A stretch of DNA of 64,000 nt from Cyanophora paradoxa CCMP329 (taxonomy: Eukaryota; Plantae; Glaucophyta), in the NCBI GenBank assembly GCA_004431415.1, contig QPMI01000526.1, positions 62,001 to 126,000 on the forward strand, written 5' to 3'. This document shows, piece by piece, positions 45,289 through 60,200 of this stretch. A model generated the notes under the pieces. The model searched no databases, was not told where the DNA came from, and saw only the letters and a program-made list of their open reading frames with translations. Made by a program: the position numbers and the translations under genes. Numbering within the stretch: the first letter of the stretch is position 1; every line of letters begins with the position of its first letter.

Positions 45289-48200
45289 ATGTCTAGCGGA
45301 CGAAGTGGAGCTCGCGAACAGTGCCGCGGCCGACGCGCCGTCGACGTCGTGCGTGGCGACGCGTACGGCAGATCTAGAGACCTCGGCACCGCATCGGCGC
45401 TACTCGCAATCGCCTGCATATACGTGCTTGCCTGCTCCTTCCCCTGTCCCGCCCTGGCCGTCAGTCCTCTCGGTACTCGAAACATAGGAATACCTCTTGG
45501 CTCGAATCAGGTACCGCTAGCTCTGCTCTCTGCAGTGCTTGCGCAAGCAATAACGCCGGATCCTCCGTGCAGTACTGTGCAAATCCTCCAGATTCGGGCA
45601 CTAGCGGCGGGTGGAGTGCCGGTGAGGCTTTTTCGCTCCCCATCACCGAGTTATGAAACGCGAGTCGGCGGCACCTGATCATGATGCGCACCGTGGCACG
45701 CAGTAAACTCGACAAGCATCAACGTAAGATACAAAACACTCACAACATCGACCCAGCTATCCACTTACGTTGAAGACTCTCCCCCTGTCATCCCGTACGG
45801 TTCGTCATTCCTTATCGCGCACGTTCCATATGCATGCCCACTCCACGCGTACGGTTCAAATCCATGTCCTTCGGGCCAGCTGTCGGACCCCACTTTTTAA
45901 CGCGCGAAAGTTCTCTCTCTTCGCCCATGGCCATCTTTTGCTCCGTCCCTTTCGTCTCATCTTGCTTCTCCTCCGTCACTCTCGAGCTCGGCATGCGCAG
46001 GCCCGAATTCCTATGGGGGGTTCTACGGCACCTACCCCAACGTCACCAATCCGATGTACTCTTCGCCGGCGTGTGCTCTAATGTACGGCACAGCTTCGAA
46101 CATCAACACCGTGCGTCGCATCTCTGATTTATCCCGACGCATAAGAGCTCGAGCCTGATGTTGGAATTGTGCGCGAGCAGCTCGTGGTGGGGTTCACGTT
46201 CTTGGATCTGGAGTCCCCCGGGGACACCGTGACCGTCTATGATGTCACAGGTGCGGATCCCGCGGTCGGATCCCCATCGTTTTAGCTCTTGCGCATTCTT
46301 CACTATCAACTCTATGACGATGCGCAGGGATGACAGAAGCGCAAGTGAACACCGCCACTGTTCAGATCGACAACAATCCCGCCACGGCCAATTTCACAGC
46401 GGTGGGGCTGCCCCCGCCCCTCCTCCGTGTCACTGGTCCGCACAATTGCAAACCCCTCGGGGTTAATCGAAGCATTCGTGTATATGTGGGGCGCTCACGT
46501 ATACTCCCATAGGGAATGGTACGGTCCAGGCCGTCATGATCAGAAGTTTAATTTCGTCCAAGCCGCCCCGCGTCCTTGTTCTCTTCGCTGTCGACAACGA
46601 CGTGCAGGTTGGGCCGTCTATATATATATATGCTGCGAGGTCGAGTCTTAAGCTCTTAAGTCATAATTAAGGATGACGCCGCAGTTTGACGGATTCGGTT
46701 TCTTCCTTCTGACGGGCTCCTTGAATTGCCGATACGACGTTCTGACCAGCCTCACCGAACCGTCCAACTTCTTCATCGGGGGTACGGGTAGTTTCTATAA
46801 TACAGTCAAGACCGGCAGCGCAGCGGCGCCTATCGTCTGTCGCTGGCTCGTGGACACATCGGCGCTGCGCCCCGCGGACGGCATTGCTTTCCAGCTGCAC
46901 TCGAACTCGTTGCAGCCTGGAGATGTGCTGCGAAGTAAGTTCTCGTTTCTTTTAATTTTCTACAAATTGAGTTCTCTAAAAATTGCTGCGGCCCTTTTTT
47001 CGCGCCTTTTCATCCCTTATCTTGTTGCAGTCTATGACGGCCGGAACGAGTCGGCGGCCGTGCTGCGGGAGTGGAACGCAAGCAGTCCGGCAGCGAATAT
47101 CACTTCTGGTTCGCGCGTCCTGATGGTCACCTACACGTCCCGCTTGAATAATACGCTCCGGTTCAATGCATCGTATGTCCGACGTGAGCATCTTCAATTT
47201 TGAGCTTTCTTTCACACTTCGCTCCAAATAATCGATGACGAGTTCAGTCACTTGTCCGGCGTGCATGAACGGCGCACCCTGTGTAAACGGAATCTGCACG
47301 TGCCCGGCAGGCTTCGCCGGAACGCGTTGTAACATTGCCACAGGTGAGCCTTCCACAACTTATAAATTTTACAAATAATATAACTTCGCCTTAAGCTTGA
47401 CCTTGTCGCAGCGGTGGCTGTGTCCGACACAGTCCCGGGCTGGACCTGCAACATACAACATTATAATACAAGGTGCGTTCAACTCACCTGACTCGAACTT
47501 TGATGAATTGGAAAATGCTCAAGCTTGTTTCAGCGATGGCTGCGACTGCGGATGCGGGGGTGAGGTCATAATCATTGAAATTGCCATCAATCGACGCATG
47601 TTGATGTCACTTTTAATCCACTTGTAGCATACGACCCCGACTGCAATGAAATTCAGCCAGTCGGGGGCTGGTGTCCTTCAAATACGACAACCAATCGCTA
47701 CCACGATGGGACATGCGCATTTTGCCCTATGCCAAACATTCCGAATTCTAATGCGGTGCGCGAATGAATTCGATCGCGAGTTTTGTTAAAGATCGAAAAT
47801 CTTGCAATTGCCCCATTATAATCAGCTGATCGTGCTTCGCGGCAGAGACACGTCTATGTGAGCCCACGGGGCAGCGACATTTCAGGAAACGGAACCTACG
47901 TGAATCCCTATGCGAGTCTTGGCGTGCGCATGCTCATTGTACTACGTATACTGCTCGCGCTTTTCGAGACTCATTGAATATTCTTGTACGTCGGCACCAC
48001 AGCGCGCGATTTTTGCGGCCCAGGCCATGGTCACCAAACCCAATACGATAGCGTCGTCCACTGTTCAGGTCCTCCCTGGGCGCTACAAAGGAATAAACAA
48101 CCGGCGGCTGGCTTGGACGGCAAGTATATCTTTTTTCGCAATTCCTATCAATCCAATTTGTGACTGATAATCGCAATTATAAAAAAGGACGGCTTGTATG

Positions 48201-51200
48201 CCAAAGGGCTTACGTACGCAATTTCGTTGACTGGACTGGGTGGCTCCAAGTACACTCTAATTGACGCCGAGAGAATGGTTCTTTGATTCTGTTCGATGAT
48301 GACACGTGGTCTTTTTATAATTTAGAGCAGGGGTGGCACTTGTACTTGACGACCAATCAGTACATATTACATCCTGTAACGCAAGTCAACGGTTTCCAGT
48401 TCATCAACGCACGATACGTCGCTCGAGGCCCTTTAATCTTGAATCCGACTGTGGCGGGCGGTCTTAACATTGGGAGGAGCACACCAAGCGGGGGTTCAGT
48501 GCAGTGCGGAGAGGTGCTGAATTTCTAATCCGCGTTCTATTTTATTGTTTCCTTATTTTTTCTCGCAGTGGAGCAACATGTATGCTTCGATTACCTAATA
48601 AAAAGACGGGTAAATCGTTTCGGAAAAACTGAGACCTTGTCCCACAGAGTTGGAGATGAGGAGTATAACTGTTACAACGTGCGATTCATAAACAACATCT
48701 GGAAAAATAATGTGGCGTACTGGGGTGATGGTGCGTCACGATAACCAATCGCACTGGAATGAATGCGAACTGAGGTTTTAACTAGGTCTGCTTCTCAACA
48801 ACCAGGTCCTTTTAGGTGCGATGAACGTTGGATGCTTTTGCGCGTGCAGCTGCTGATCACAAGGCTCTGTGCACGTGCCGTCCCGTGGCAGACACGGCCC
48901 AGTACGGAAGCGTAACCGCAAGCATGGCGCTTGGAGGTGGCGGGCTCGCGCTTGCATCCGGATATGCGGTCACGGTCAGCGGGTGCACGTTCGACAGTAA
49001 CTCAGGTTTGCGTCGTGCTGGCATGAATAATTGTGTGTATGCGGTCTCTGATCGGTTCGAGCGCGTGCTCAGTGTCACTGGATCTCTCTGCAGCCGTGGA
49101 GTCCTCAGACTCCGCGCGGTCTATCGACGGGGGTGCTCTGCTTGCCGTGGATGTTATTTTGTTCACGATTAGCAACTCAAACTTCCTCAACAATTCTGCT
49201 CGTTCGCCCGCGCGTAACGCTTATAATATTTAAATTATGATCTGGTGTCGTAATTCTAACTACCTATGAATCTTTTCTATCAGCGTCAAATGGAGGCGCA
49301 GTACTGATTGACGCAAAGCGAATGGCCAGCGTTTATTCAAGCAGCCTCACGGTCAGGGACACCATTGTCGACGGTAACGCGGCCGCTTTCGCTGGATTTG
49401 GCATCGCTGTTCGCGGCATCACGTCCGTGTTGCGTGCGTTGAACGTTTTTCTCGGCATAGACTCAAATTGTAAAGCGCCCTGAGGTCGGTTGTAGTACGA
49501 AATCTACAAGTGAAGAACAACTTCAATGTGCAGCGCAAGCAGCTTTCGATTAGCATGAGTGCTGTTGGCGGCGCCGGGGCTTGGATCAGTGCTGTTGAAG
49601 CCGGCACTCTCGCGTCTTCAAGTTCTTTAACTATCGAAGGCTCTCTCTTCAGTAATAATAGCTTCAAGTAAGACACTTCCGAATGCTGCGGATTCCTTGC
49701 TTTTGTCTCCGAAGACTTTTACTGAAAAGCCTTCGAATTCAGGCCTCTTTTCTCGCAAGCGAACTCCGGCGGCGGCGGGCTCTACGTGGCTGGCGTCGCC
49801 TCCACAACCGTTCGAACTACGCGATTCGCGTCGAACGCGGCGGACTCGTCGTTTGGTGCTGGCGTCCTCGCCGCCAGCCTCAACACGCTGTCGCGCGTTC
49901 ATCTGTCTTCTCATCTCCATTCGGACTCCGCTCTGATTGCAGCTTTGCAGTATGGAGTCGTGCACTTTTGACGGCAATGTGCACACTGGAGGCGCTCAGG
50001 TTGGAGGCGGGGGGATCGCTCTGCTATCGGTTGCAAAAGCAACGCTCACCAGCGCAATCTTCGCCGACAACACGGCCGGTACTTAGCGCCCTCTTGACTC
50101 TTTGACGCGATCGTCTGATGTGAGACACTCTTTCTGTCGTTAAACGTTGCTAGCCAATGGGGCTGGCGTCTGGGTCGGCTCGAAAACGCCGTCGACCTTT
50201 TCTTTTCACACCGTCGATTTCATAAACACAACAATCTCTGGGGGACTGGCTTCGCTGAACGGTTAGTCGCGTTTATTCCCTTTTCATTATTCTTTATTCG
50301 GTTTCCGACTTCGAGCCTTGCGAACTTGCGGCCGCTGGCAGGGGGCGCCGTGTCCGTCACGGACTCTTCGAACTCCCCCGTACAAATGCAGTTTCAAAGA
50401 AGCTTTTTGTCGGGCAATAGTGCAGGCGGTTCAGGTGGAGGCATCGCCATTTCCGGCATCACTATTGCCAGCCTGCTCCAAAACACATCGCTCACAATCG
50501 CCAACACTACAATTCGCCAGAACCGCGCTATGCGTGAGTGCACGAAGATGCATAAATCGCTTTAGTGCCGCGTTGGAGACTTTGGAATGCCGTCTCAGTT
50601 GGTGGAGGCGGCATGAGCGCAACGGGCTGGATGAACCTCAGCGTCCTCGACGGCTCCTCCATATCCGAGAACACCGCCCGCAACGGAGGGGGAATCCGTG
50701 CGCATGCGCTGTAGCATGAGACTCTGACATGCTTGTTTCAGAAATGTAACGTGGCACGTTCGCCTCGCAGTCGTTGACGGCGCGCGGAACTGTTTCGAAA
50801 AGCAGTGCACTGGTCTCAGAGCCTCATTTCAAAATGTACCGTTCGAGAAAAACAAAGCGACTACCGGGTGCGCTCTTTTGCCCATATATATCTGGACAAC
50901 AGTTCTTTATTTAATTGGCCGATCAGAGGAGCGATTCATATTCTGTCACCGTGCGCCGCATGTTTCAAGTACCGCTGTGTGCTCGAGCTCGTTTTTTACT
51001 CTGCGTGCCCTATAGGGACACATTCATCACTATTGCCGGCTGCTCGTTTGCAAATAACAGCGCGGGCGAGCGCGCCGGAGCGATCTGGGCAGAGCAGCCT
51101 GGTGCTTTGGCGATCTCAAGAACGGTCTTTAATTCCAACGCAGCTGCTGTTGACGGAGGAGCGATCCACATGACCTCCGACTCGGAGCTGAAGGTCTTTA

Positions 51201-54200
51201 ATCATTTCTTCAATATATAGCTCGTGACCATAAAACCTGAGATCCGAGCTGTATTATTGAACCTCTGCGCCGTACAGGCCACAATGCCCAACGTATCGTT
51301 CGTCTCGAATCTAGCCCGTGCGCGAACGCCAGCGAGATATCGCTCACATTTCGAGTTCACCAGTTTCTCATGCACATACTCCACGATCCGCAGAGGAAAA
51401 TGGAGGCGCAATATATGCAACGGGATCAGTTTTAATTGAATTGGCGTCTGGGAGACTTGAGAAGAACCGAGCAAACGCTGGAGGGGTGCGTCACGATTGC
51501 GACTAATTATAATATTTAAGATCATTTCTACAATGAACTGATGCATCTCTGGCAGGGCCTTGTGTACCTCAAGCGTTCAAGCGGACTTTCAGTAACCAAT
51601 CTGACGTTCGCTGCAAACACTGCGGACAATGGCGGAACCGTATATCTTGATCAGAGTGCATGGCTTGACGCCGCCAACTGCACGTTTACCGGCTCCGCTG
51701 CGGGCACGTTCGGAGGCGTTGTATACGCTCAGGGCACTCCTCGCATTTTCCTCCGGCAGTGCAATGTCGTCAAGAATCAGGCGGCGCAAGGTGGTTTTCT
51801 ATACTCAAACTTCCTCGGAAATGGTTTGTGCCCGAAAGCTCCGAATTCAAGTTAATAATATTGAAACTTATGGTGCTGGCTCCCGGGCAGGAACAATTGA
51901 GTTCGCTGGCGGGCGCCTGGACGGTAACGCGGCATCCAGCGAGGGAGGTGTAATGTACCTGACAGGCGAGGGGGGACTCGTTCGCGCCGAGAACTTTTCG
52001 GCCGTCGGCAACATCGGCACGCGTGGAGGTGTGGCTGTTGTGGGCGGGAGCACGTCTACGCTTTTTGCTACGTGCAGCGCCTCCGGGAATCTCGCGAGTC
52101 AAGGTGATGGGGGAGCGTTTGTCGTCCAACAGCAGGGCAAACTGCAGGTCGTGAACTGCAGTCTTCATGGGAACCGCGCCGTCGGCAACGGTGGGGCGAT
52201 TAATGCGAACGGCGAGGGCTCGATGGTACAACTTTTCTGCTGCCTTTGGAACTCGCTTGCCGCAAATGATCGACTTCAACAGCTCGCCATTTCGAACTTG
52301 ATCGCCACCAACAATAACGCGGGGCAAAGCGGAGGCGCGCTGGCTGTGAGTGGGGCTACTGCGCTGTCAGTCAGCGGCGGAAATTTCTCGCGAAATGTCG
52401 CCGGATCTCTGGGTGGCTCAAGTGCGCGTTTCGTAATCGAATGAACCCTCCAAAAACTGATTACTGATTACTGATTGCACTTGTATGTGCATGGCAGTGC
52501 TGCTACAAAACTCTTCTGTGTCGCTGGCGGGAATGAGTCTCGATGGAAACGTAGCTGGCTCCGACGGCGGCGCGCTCTGCCTTGTTTCCTCCTATTTGAC
52601 ACTCGACAACGTCACCATCAACTCAAACCGCGCTGGAGGTCACGGCGGGTCCGTAATCGCACGTTTCTATCAGCTTTGATAGTTCGGCGCGAAGAAAGCG
52701 CGCAGGTCCATTTACCAGAAAGGAGGCAACGCGACGATTGGGGGCAGTGTTATGGTTGGGAACCGTGCAGGGGCATCTGCGGGCGCTGCGTCGTTTCAAG
52801 CTGCAGCGGTCAAAATGTCTCGCACCAGAATAACCGGAAACTACGCCAGCCTCGATGGCGGTGCCCTCGTCGCCTCGGATCAGTCCATGGTTGAGATCCA
52901 CGATTCGCACCTCAATTCGAACGAGGCAGCACGCAACGCGGGATCGCTGCAGGTCTCGCATTCAAATCTTCTCCTGGACGGAACCGACCTCAGTGGTTCG
53001 AGGGCGGGCCGTGATGCGGGATGCCTGTCTGCAGCCTCCAGCGTGGTTCGGATGACGCGATCAAGCATGTCGGACTGCGTCGCCTTTGGGGCGGGCGGGG
53101 CTGTGTACTTCGAGTCTTCAACAATCACAGCATCGGAAACAGAGCTGCAGCGCGGGCGCGCCGGTGCCGCGGGAGGCGCCATCGCGGCTCTGTCGTCGAC
53201 GCTCACTCTGACGTATTGCTTGATGAACGGGTCGTACGCTGGTCTCTCTGGTGGCGCTGTCAACGCCCGCTCATCCAACGTCGACATCATCAGGTGCACC
53301 CGCAGTTAAAATACATGATAGAAGCATCTCTAGATCTCTCCACTGTGCGTAAAACTGCCCCTCTTTAGATCGGCTTTGGACGGAGCCACCGCGGGGACGG
53401 ATGGCGGCTGCCTTAGCATGGAGGAAGGCAGGCTGCGCCTTGAGAGTTCAAGCCTCGCCGGCTGCAAATCTGGCGGTCGTGGTGGTGTCGGAATCTTCTC
53501 CCGGCTCGTCGCCACTCTTGCCTTCGTCCAGGCACCACGCCCCTCCGCTTTCTCGGATGGAGGGGCGCTGGCAGTTATTGACTCTTCAATCAGCTTGCTC
53601 AAGTAAGAATGCGTTTGTGAAATTGCGCTGATTATTCCACGATAATGACGTCCTTCGCGATCGTGTGTTCCAGCTGCTCGTTTCGCGAATCGAAAACCGA
53701 GCGAGGTGCCGGCGGCGGAATCTGGGGCAATGGAGCAAAGCTCACCAGTCAATCTGTCGACTTCTCGAAATCTGTTGCTGGGTCAGGCACAGGAGGCGCC
53801 GTCAGCTTCTCGAACGGCGAACTCGATATTTCGAATTCCGTCATGGTTGGGTGCACAGCATCCACTTCGGGGGGCGCAATCTGGTTAGGGAATGTGACTG
53901 CTTCCGTCAGACAGTGAGTGTCTCTATTGTTTTTGTGAATATCATATTTTAGTCTGATGACACGACTGGACGTGCAGATCTGAGCTTCAGACCTCCAAAG
54001 CCCGCTCGGGGGGCGCCCTCTATGGGACCGACAGCCGTGTTCGGGTCGAAGCGTCTGATCTCTCGCGATGCGTCGCCGAGGGCGGATCGGGCGGCGCGCT
54101 CGCCATGCTTGACTCGGCCTTGGCGATTAGCGAGTCGGATCTCAGTGCAAGCACCGCGTCTGGCACCGGGGGCGCCATCGCTCTGACAAACGTCACTGCA

Positions 54201-57200
54201 ACCATAAAACGGTGCGGGTCGGCGGCGCCCGCGGCTGTACATGTCAACGCCTTTGCGTATACAATCTCGGTGATCACACGTGCACGTGCACGAAAGCAGG
54301 TCCAAGCTCCAGAAATCCAAGTCCGCGAGCGGCGGTGGTGGGGCCCTCTCGATGAATGTAGGAAATCTGACTCTCGAAGCCTGCGACCTTTCGGGGTCCG
54401 TTGCGGAGGGGGGAGAGGGAGGCGCACTGCTCGTATCGAACGCGGAATTGGATGCGAAGGAATGCCAGCTGCACCGTAGCATCGCATCGGGATCGGGCGG
54501 TGCCGTCAGTCTGAACAACGCAACTGCGACCATTGCAGGGTGCTCTATGCAGCAGAGCAAATCTTTGCGTGGCTCCGGAGGCGCCCTGGCGAGCAATGGA
54601 GGGAGTGTTTCCCTGAACGCTTCGGACTTGTCGCAGTCATCCGCCAGCGTCGGGTCTGGCGGGGCGCTTTTCGCGTCGAACGGCCGTTTCCAGGCTTTGG
54701 ATGTTCAGATGCAGGAAGGTTCTGCCGCGACTGCCGGTGGCTCCCTGTTTCTGAGCAATTCTACAGCACTCCTCGCACGGTGCGTGCACGCCCTTCCTAG
54801 CGTCGCGGCATCAGCATTAATTGTCATTTAATTTTCGAGGATTCATGGTTTGCGCAGTATTTCCGTCGGCAAGAGCTCGGCCGAGTATGGCGGTTGCATC
54901 GCAATCGAAGGCGAGAAGGGAGATCCCAATTTATGCAACGTCGCGATCACCGACACAGCTGGGGCCATGTGCAAGGCGCGGACCGGAAGTGGTGGCGCGT
55001 TGAACGTCATTCGCTGCAGCGTTCTGGTTCAGAACACCGATTTCTCGAACGGTGTTGCATCGGGCTTCGGAGGGGCAATCCGCACCGTTAATACAGAACT
55101 ATCTGTCGTCAACTCAACGCTCAACGCCTGTGCAGCCACTTCGAGTGGTGGTGCATTATCGGCTGAAGCTTCCACCGTGGCCATCACGGAGTGCGTAGAA
55201 GCAGTTTCTGCGTCTGCGATCTGAACCTAAAGCCGTTACATCAGTTCCTCGCTCGATCAGTCGTCCTCGTCCAGTGGCTCTGGGGGCTGCGTGTCGGTTT
55301 CGGGCGGCTCGTTCATCGCGAACCGGTCGACGCTGACCAAGTGCGCGGCACCCAACGGCGACGGTGGTGCCGTTCACGCCGTCGATTGCTCTGCTGCACT
55401 GCGGAGCTGCAATCTCAATCAAGGCTCTGCTAAAGGCACCGGTGGCGCTATTAATGCGCGCGGCGGGCTCCTGACGCTCGAAAATGTGTCCATCAGCGAC
55501 GGTCGCTCTCAGACAGCTGGCGGCTGCCTCTTTGCACAGAGGGCGTCAGTTGAAGCCGCCGCCGTGATTGCAGAGCGATGCCAGGCAGACACAGGCGGCT
55601 GTTTTGCCTTTAACAGCGCTCCGGCGACGCTCTCGCGCATTACTGCGTCGGATTGCGTGGCGACGGGAGGCGACGGGGGCTGCATCTGGGCGTTGAGTTC
55701 GACAATGGCGCTGCAGGGTTCGACACTGGCCCGCTGCAGGGCGGCCAGCTCGGGCGGCGGCGCGTACCTGATTGGCGGGGACGTGACACTCGACGACTGC
55801 GCCGTAGTCAACTGCACGGCTGACAGCAACGGTGGAGGGTGCGAGCCCAACCCGTTCCTTGCTGACCCGCGAGCTCAAATCTGGCATTGCGCATACGCAG
55901 GATTTTCGCTGCCGGAGAAGGATCCGCTTCCTCGAACACCATTTGCCTCTCGAACGTTGACTCGATCTCGAGCTCAAACACTTTCCTTCCGACCTCCAGC
56001 TCTCGCCGACTTCTCAGCGCTGCAGCTCGCAACGTCCAGCTCCTCCTGCAGCTCACAAATCTGGCGGGGAACCAGGCCAAGCTTGACGGCGGAGCCATCT
56101 ACGCTGCTGGACCCATCGCCGCCACCTTGGCCAATGTTTCTATCACCCGATCCGACGCCGGGGGGAAAGGAGGAGGTCCGATAAAGCTCAGTTGTACAGA
56201 TAGTCACGCAGACGTACCCTGCTGATTGTTTGCTACATGTGCAGGCCTTTACATCACCACGGCATCATTTGCGATGAGCAGCTCAGTTGTCACCGCAAAC
56301 AGCGCAAACTTAGGCGGAGGTGGTTTCATCGATCTCTCGAAACAGGTAACAACTCATGATCGGGCGATTTCTCAGTTTTCAAATACGTGTGTGATTGATG
56401 CGTGATTGCAGACCGGGCTTCCCATGGACTGTAGTGACGTTTCTCTGTCGAACTCCGCCGTTCGGGCCAACTCTGCAGAAAAGGGTATATATCTTTCGTG
56501 TCATACATTCTCTCGAAATTTTGCTCACAAGCGCGGCCTGGTAACCAAAGGTGCTGCGTTCGTTGTCCAAGACGCCGATCCTACGCGCTGCTCCGCTTTC
56601 GCAGACCCGACGACTTTCACCGACCCAAGTGCCTCCACCTCCTCCACTGGGCTGGCGGCGGGTCCCGGGGCCATTGTTGTGACACTGGCTACCCCTGTCG
56701 CGGAGAGGCAGTCGGGAGGACTGCTCTCTTTCGGCCTAGTTCTGACCGACTCCTTTGGGACGCCTGTGCGTGACGTGCCAACGGATATCACCATTTCGGC
56801 AGAGGCACCAGACACCGTCACCGTAAGAGGCACGCGGACGGCAACTACGTTGGACGGCGAGGCCCGCTTTGATGGAGTCCAGGTGATCGCTCAACCGGGC
56901 GAGACGCATGTGCTGATATTCACCGCCAACATTCCTTTCCGCCCGTACACGCTGCGTGTGCCCGTCACACTGCGCGCCTGCGTGTCTGGAGAGGTGCAGC
57001 TTCCGAACACTATGGTCTGTCAGCGCTGCCAAGCGAACACGGTGGCGCCTCGGAACGTATCAACCAAAGGTGTTGAGTGCATGGCGTGCACTGAGGTGAT
57101 CTATTGTGTAATCTGGCTTCCTCTGCCGCGCCAATACTATGAAAGTTCTCACGCGTCCTGCAATCAGGGCGCCATCTGCCCTGGGGGAGACATGATCTAT

Positions 57201-60200
57201 CCGAAAGAGAATTTCTGGAATTTTCCAAGTGCTTACGTGCTTATGCTGCCTTGTCCGGAGACCGGAAACTGCATTGGAGGCCCCAGCAACGAGTGCAAGA
57301 CCGGCTTTACCGGACCTCTTTGCACGGTCTGTGCCCCTGGCTACGGGCGAATTGGAAAATATGGCTGTGCAAAGTGCCCGAACACAGCCATCAATGCCGT
57401 GAGTAGATTTCTTGAATCCGCGTATACGTACATGGTCAACGATGCTAAGGCTACAGCTATGTATGCAGACGCTCATGGGACTCGCCTGCGCCCTTGCGGT
57501 TGCCATCGTTAGCATTCTCGTCTTCTTCAACGCGCGTTCGATCAAGCGGGGATCGTCCAAGAAGCCCTCGCGCATAACGTCGATAGCCAAAATCTTCATG
57601 AGCTACGTCCAAGTGCTCGCAACCGCTCGGTAAATCTGTGCTAAAGCATTCGACAAAAAAACTCTTTTCTGAAGCGGCCTCAGGGACTTTAACCTACGTT
57701 GGCCGACGCAACTTGTCTCGATCTTCAATGTCCAGGTGTTTTGATCCATACAAGCTTAGTCTTCCATCTCTTCTGTGTCTGAAACGCATGTCGTCATCAG
57801 ACCGCCATCTCCTCTCCAACTGTTTCCGTCGAGTGCTTCACGGTCGACAGGATACACTGGAGCCCATTTATTGCCCGCATAGTCGGGTACGTCTTGTGTG
57901 CGGGTCGTCTAACGCTCCGTGCACTCAAACGTATTGTGCGCATGTTAAACAGCTATGCAAGCCTCCCCATTGTTGCTGTTCTTGCCCCGGCCATCTTTTT
58001 TGCCGTATGGGTTTCCGTGTGGCGGTTCGTCTGCACGTGCACCACTGGTATTGCTGCACTACGTCGTTGACGCCAATATAGGTGGAGAAATAGTGGAAAA
58101 GTGATCGCCGCAGCTGCGGTAGCTCCAAAGCAGGTCTCGCTTCGAGGGCTGAAGCGCGAGTCGCCGCACCACACGGACCACGAATACGATCGAGACTCTA
58201 CGACACCCTCGCCCAGGGGCGAGCATGCATGGGAAGCCGACGTCGACATCAAGCGCTCGACCGATCGCGATAATGACCTCTTGAGCGATGTCCACTCTGT
58301 TGCATTCCCACTGTCACGGAAAGACTCGAGCTCAGTGATCGGCGTCTCAGAGGTTGTCTTCAGTACCAAAGTTCGCAAAAAAAAATCTAAAGGTTTCATC
58401 GCATATATACATTTCTGAAAGCTGACGCAGACTTCAATATCTGTCGCCGAGGGCGATTCGCACGGCCTTGTGGGAACCTTCTCGGCGGCGAATGATTACG
58501 ACGAGGACGACGAAGCCGATGCACTCTCTGGGGTCGCCTCGTCGGCCTTCGTTTCCACGCACCGCGCGCGCTTTGCAATTGGCGAGGCTCGGCGTGGCGC
58601 TGGCGCCCCGAAGGGCCGCGGCATTGCCTCGATTGAGGAGGAGGACGACCGCGACGTGGCCGAGGTGGATGATCATGAGCTTCAGAACGCGAAGCGGGAT
58701 GAGGATCCGGACCTGTTTTCCCAGCCCGACACGGGCGCGAGCATCTCCGACCTTCCTTACTCGCACCACGTCCGCGATCTCTACATTCTAACCTGCATCG
58801 TCGCCCTGTTCATGGTACTCCCTGATCGAGCAGTCCGGTGCCGGTGCCCGCACTTGTACTGACCCGTAGCGCAGGCGCACCCCATCATTTCTCGTCAAAT
58901 CTTCCTGTTGTTCGCTTGCACGTGCGCTGAACATATCCAGCCTCATAGTTACATTTGTTCTCTTAAGCTTTCTATATCTGAAACTCTTTTAAATGTCTTG
59001 ATATACAGGGACGTTGGGCCGGACCGCGTCCTCGATCAGGAAATGTGCGCCGCCCCGGCCCGGCCCCAGGAGTTCTGTCGCGGTTATAATTACTGACGGG
59101 CGCCGGTGCATTCGAAGGCGCATGGCGTGCTGGCGTGGCGAGCACGCTTTCTGGAGCGCGACCCTGGGAGCTGTCGCGACGTCGCTCTGGGTCTTCGGAA
59201 TTCCCGCGGTCGCCTTCCTCCTCCTCGTAAGCTCGAGCCGCCTTCTCGCTCTCTGGCTGCCCCGCCCTGCAGCTGTCCACCCATCTTGCATTGCCCTGAT
59301 GCGGTTAAGCAGACGCGCAACCGCAATAGCCTGAACAATAGACGTGTGCTTCTTCGTTACGGCTTCTTGCTTCGGTGATCAGAATCTCAAAGAAAGTGCT
59401 GGAGGAATTCGTTCTGTTCTGATATCTTTGTTCTCTGTACTACAGAGGCTACAAGCGCTCGCGATACTACTGGGAGGAGGTCCGAACTTTTTTACATACT
59501 GAACAGCTGCAGTTATGTCAGCGTGCCGAAATCCTTATCTAATTCGTAGATCATCATCTTGCGGAAGCTCGCCTTCATTTTCGTCGCTTCGTTCTTCGCC
59601 TCGCGCCCTGTGGTGCAGGGCCTTCTGGGTACAGGTGTTCTTGTCATTGGTGAGTCAGACCTCGAGTCGCCCAGCCGACAAGATTGTAGTCGGGAATTGA
59701 TTGATCGTTCCGCCAATACATCGTAGCGCTGGTCGCTAATGTGGCGATGAGGCCGTACACGATTCACCTCCTGGTATTCTTTCGATGTTTGTTTTCGTGT
59801 GACGCACTCTCACATTATTCATTTCAGAACATTCTCGACTCTGCGGCTTTAGTTGCTTCCATTCTGACGGCAAGCATTGATCCATTCTATAGCTATAATC
59901 AATAAAATTATTTCGTCTTCAAATCCTGACGACTTTTGCATGCATCCTCGCGCAGCTGTACGCTGGCCTGCTTCTCTACACGGGCGTGAGCGAGACGGAC
60001 ACAGCCGCGACGACGTGGATCATCATCCTCGCGAACCTGGCGTTCGTCCTGATCGTGCTGACCGCTCTGGTCTGGGAGCTCTTCCGCACAGCGCTCTCGC
60101 ACACGCGGCGCCGCTTCTCCCACCTGCCGGTCATGCGCCTCGCGGACCGCCTCAACGCGCGCATCGAGAAGATGTCTGCCGTTAGCGCCTGGGTCCGCAC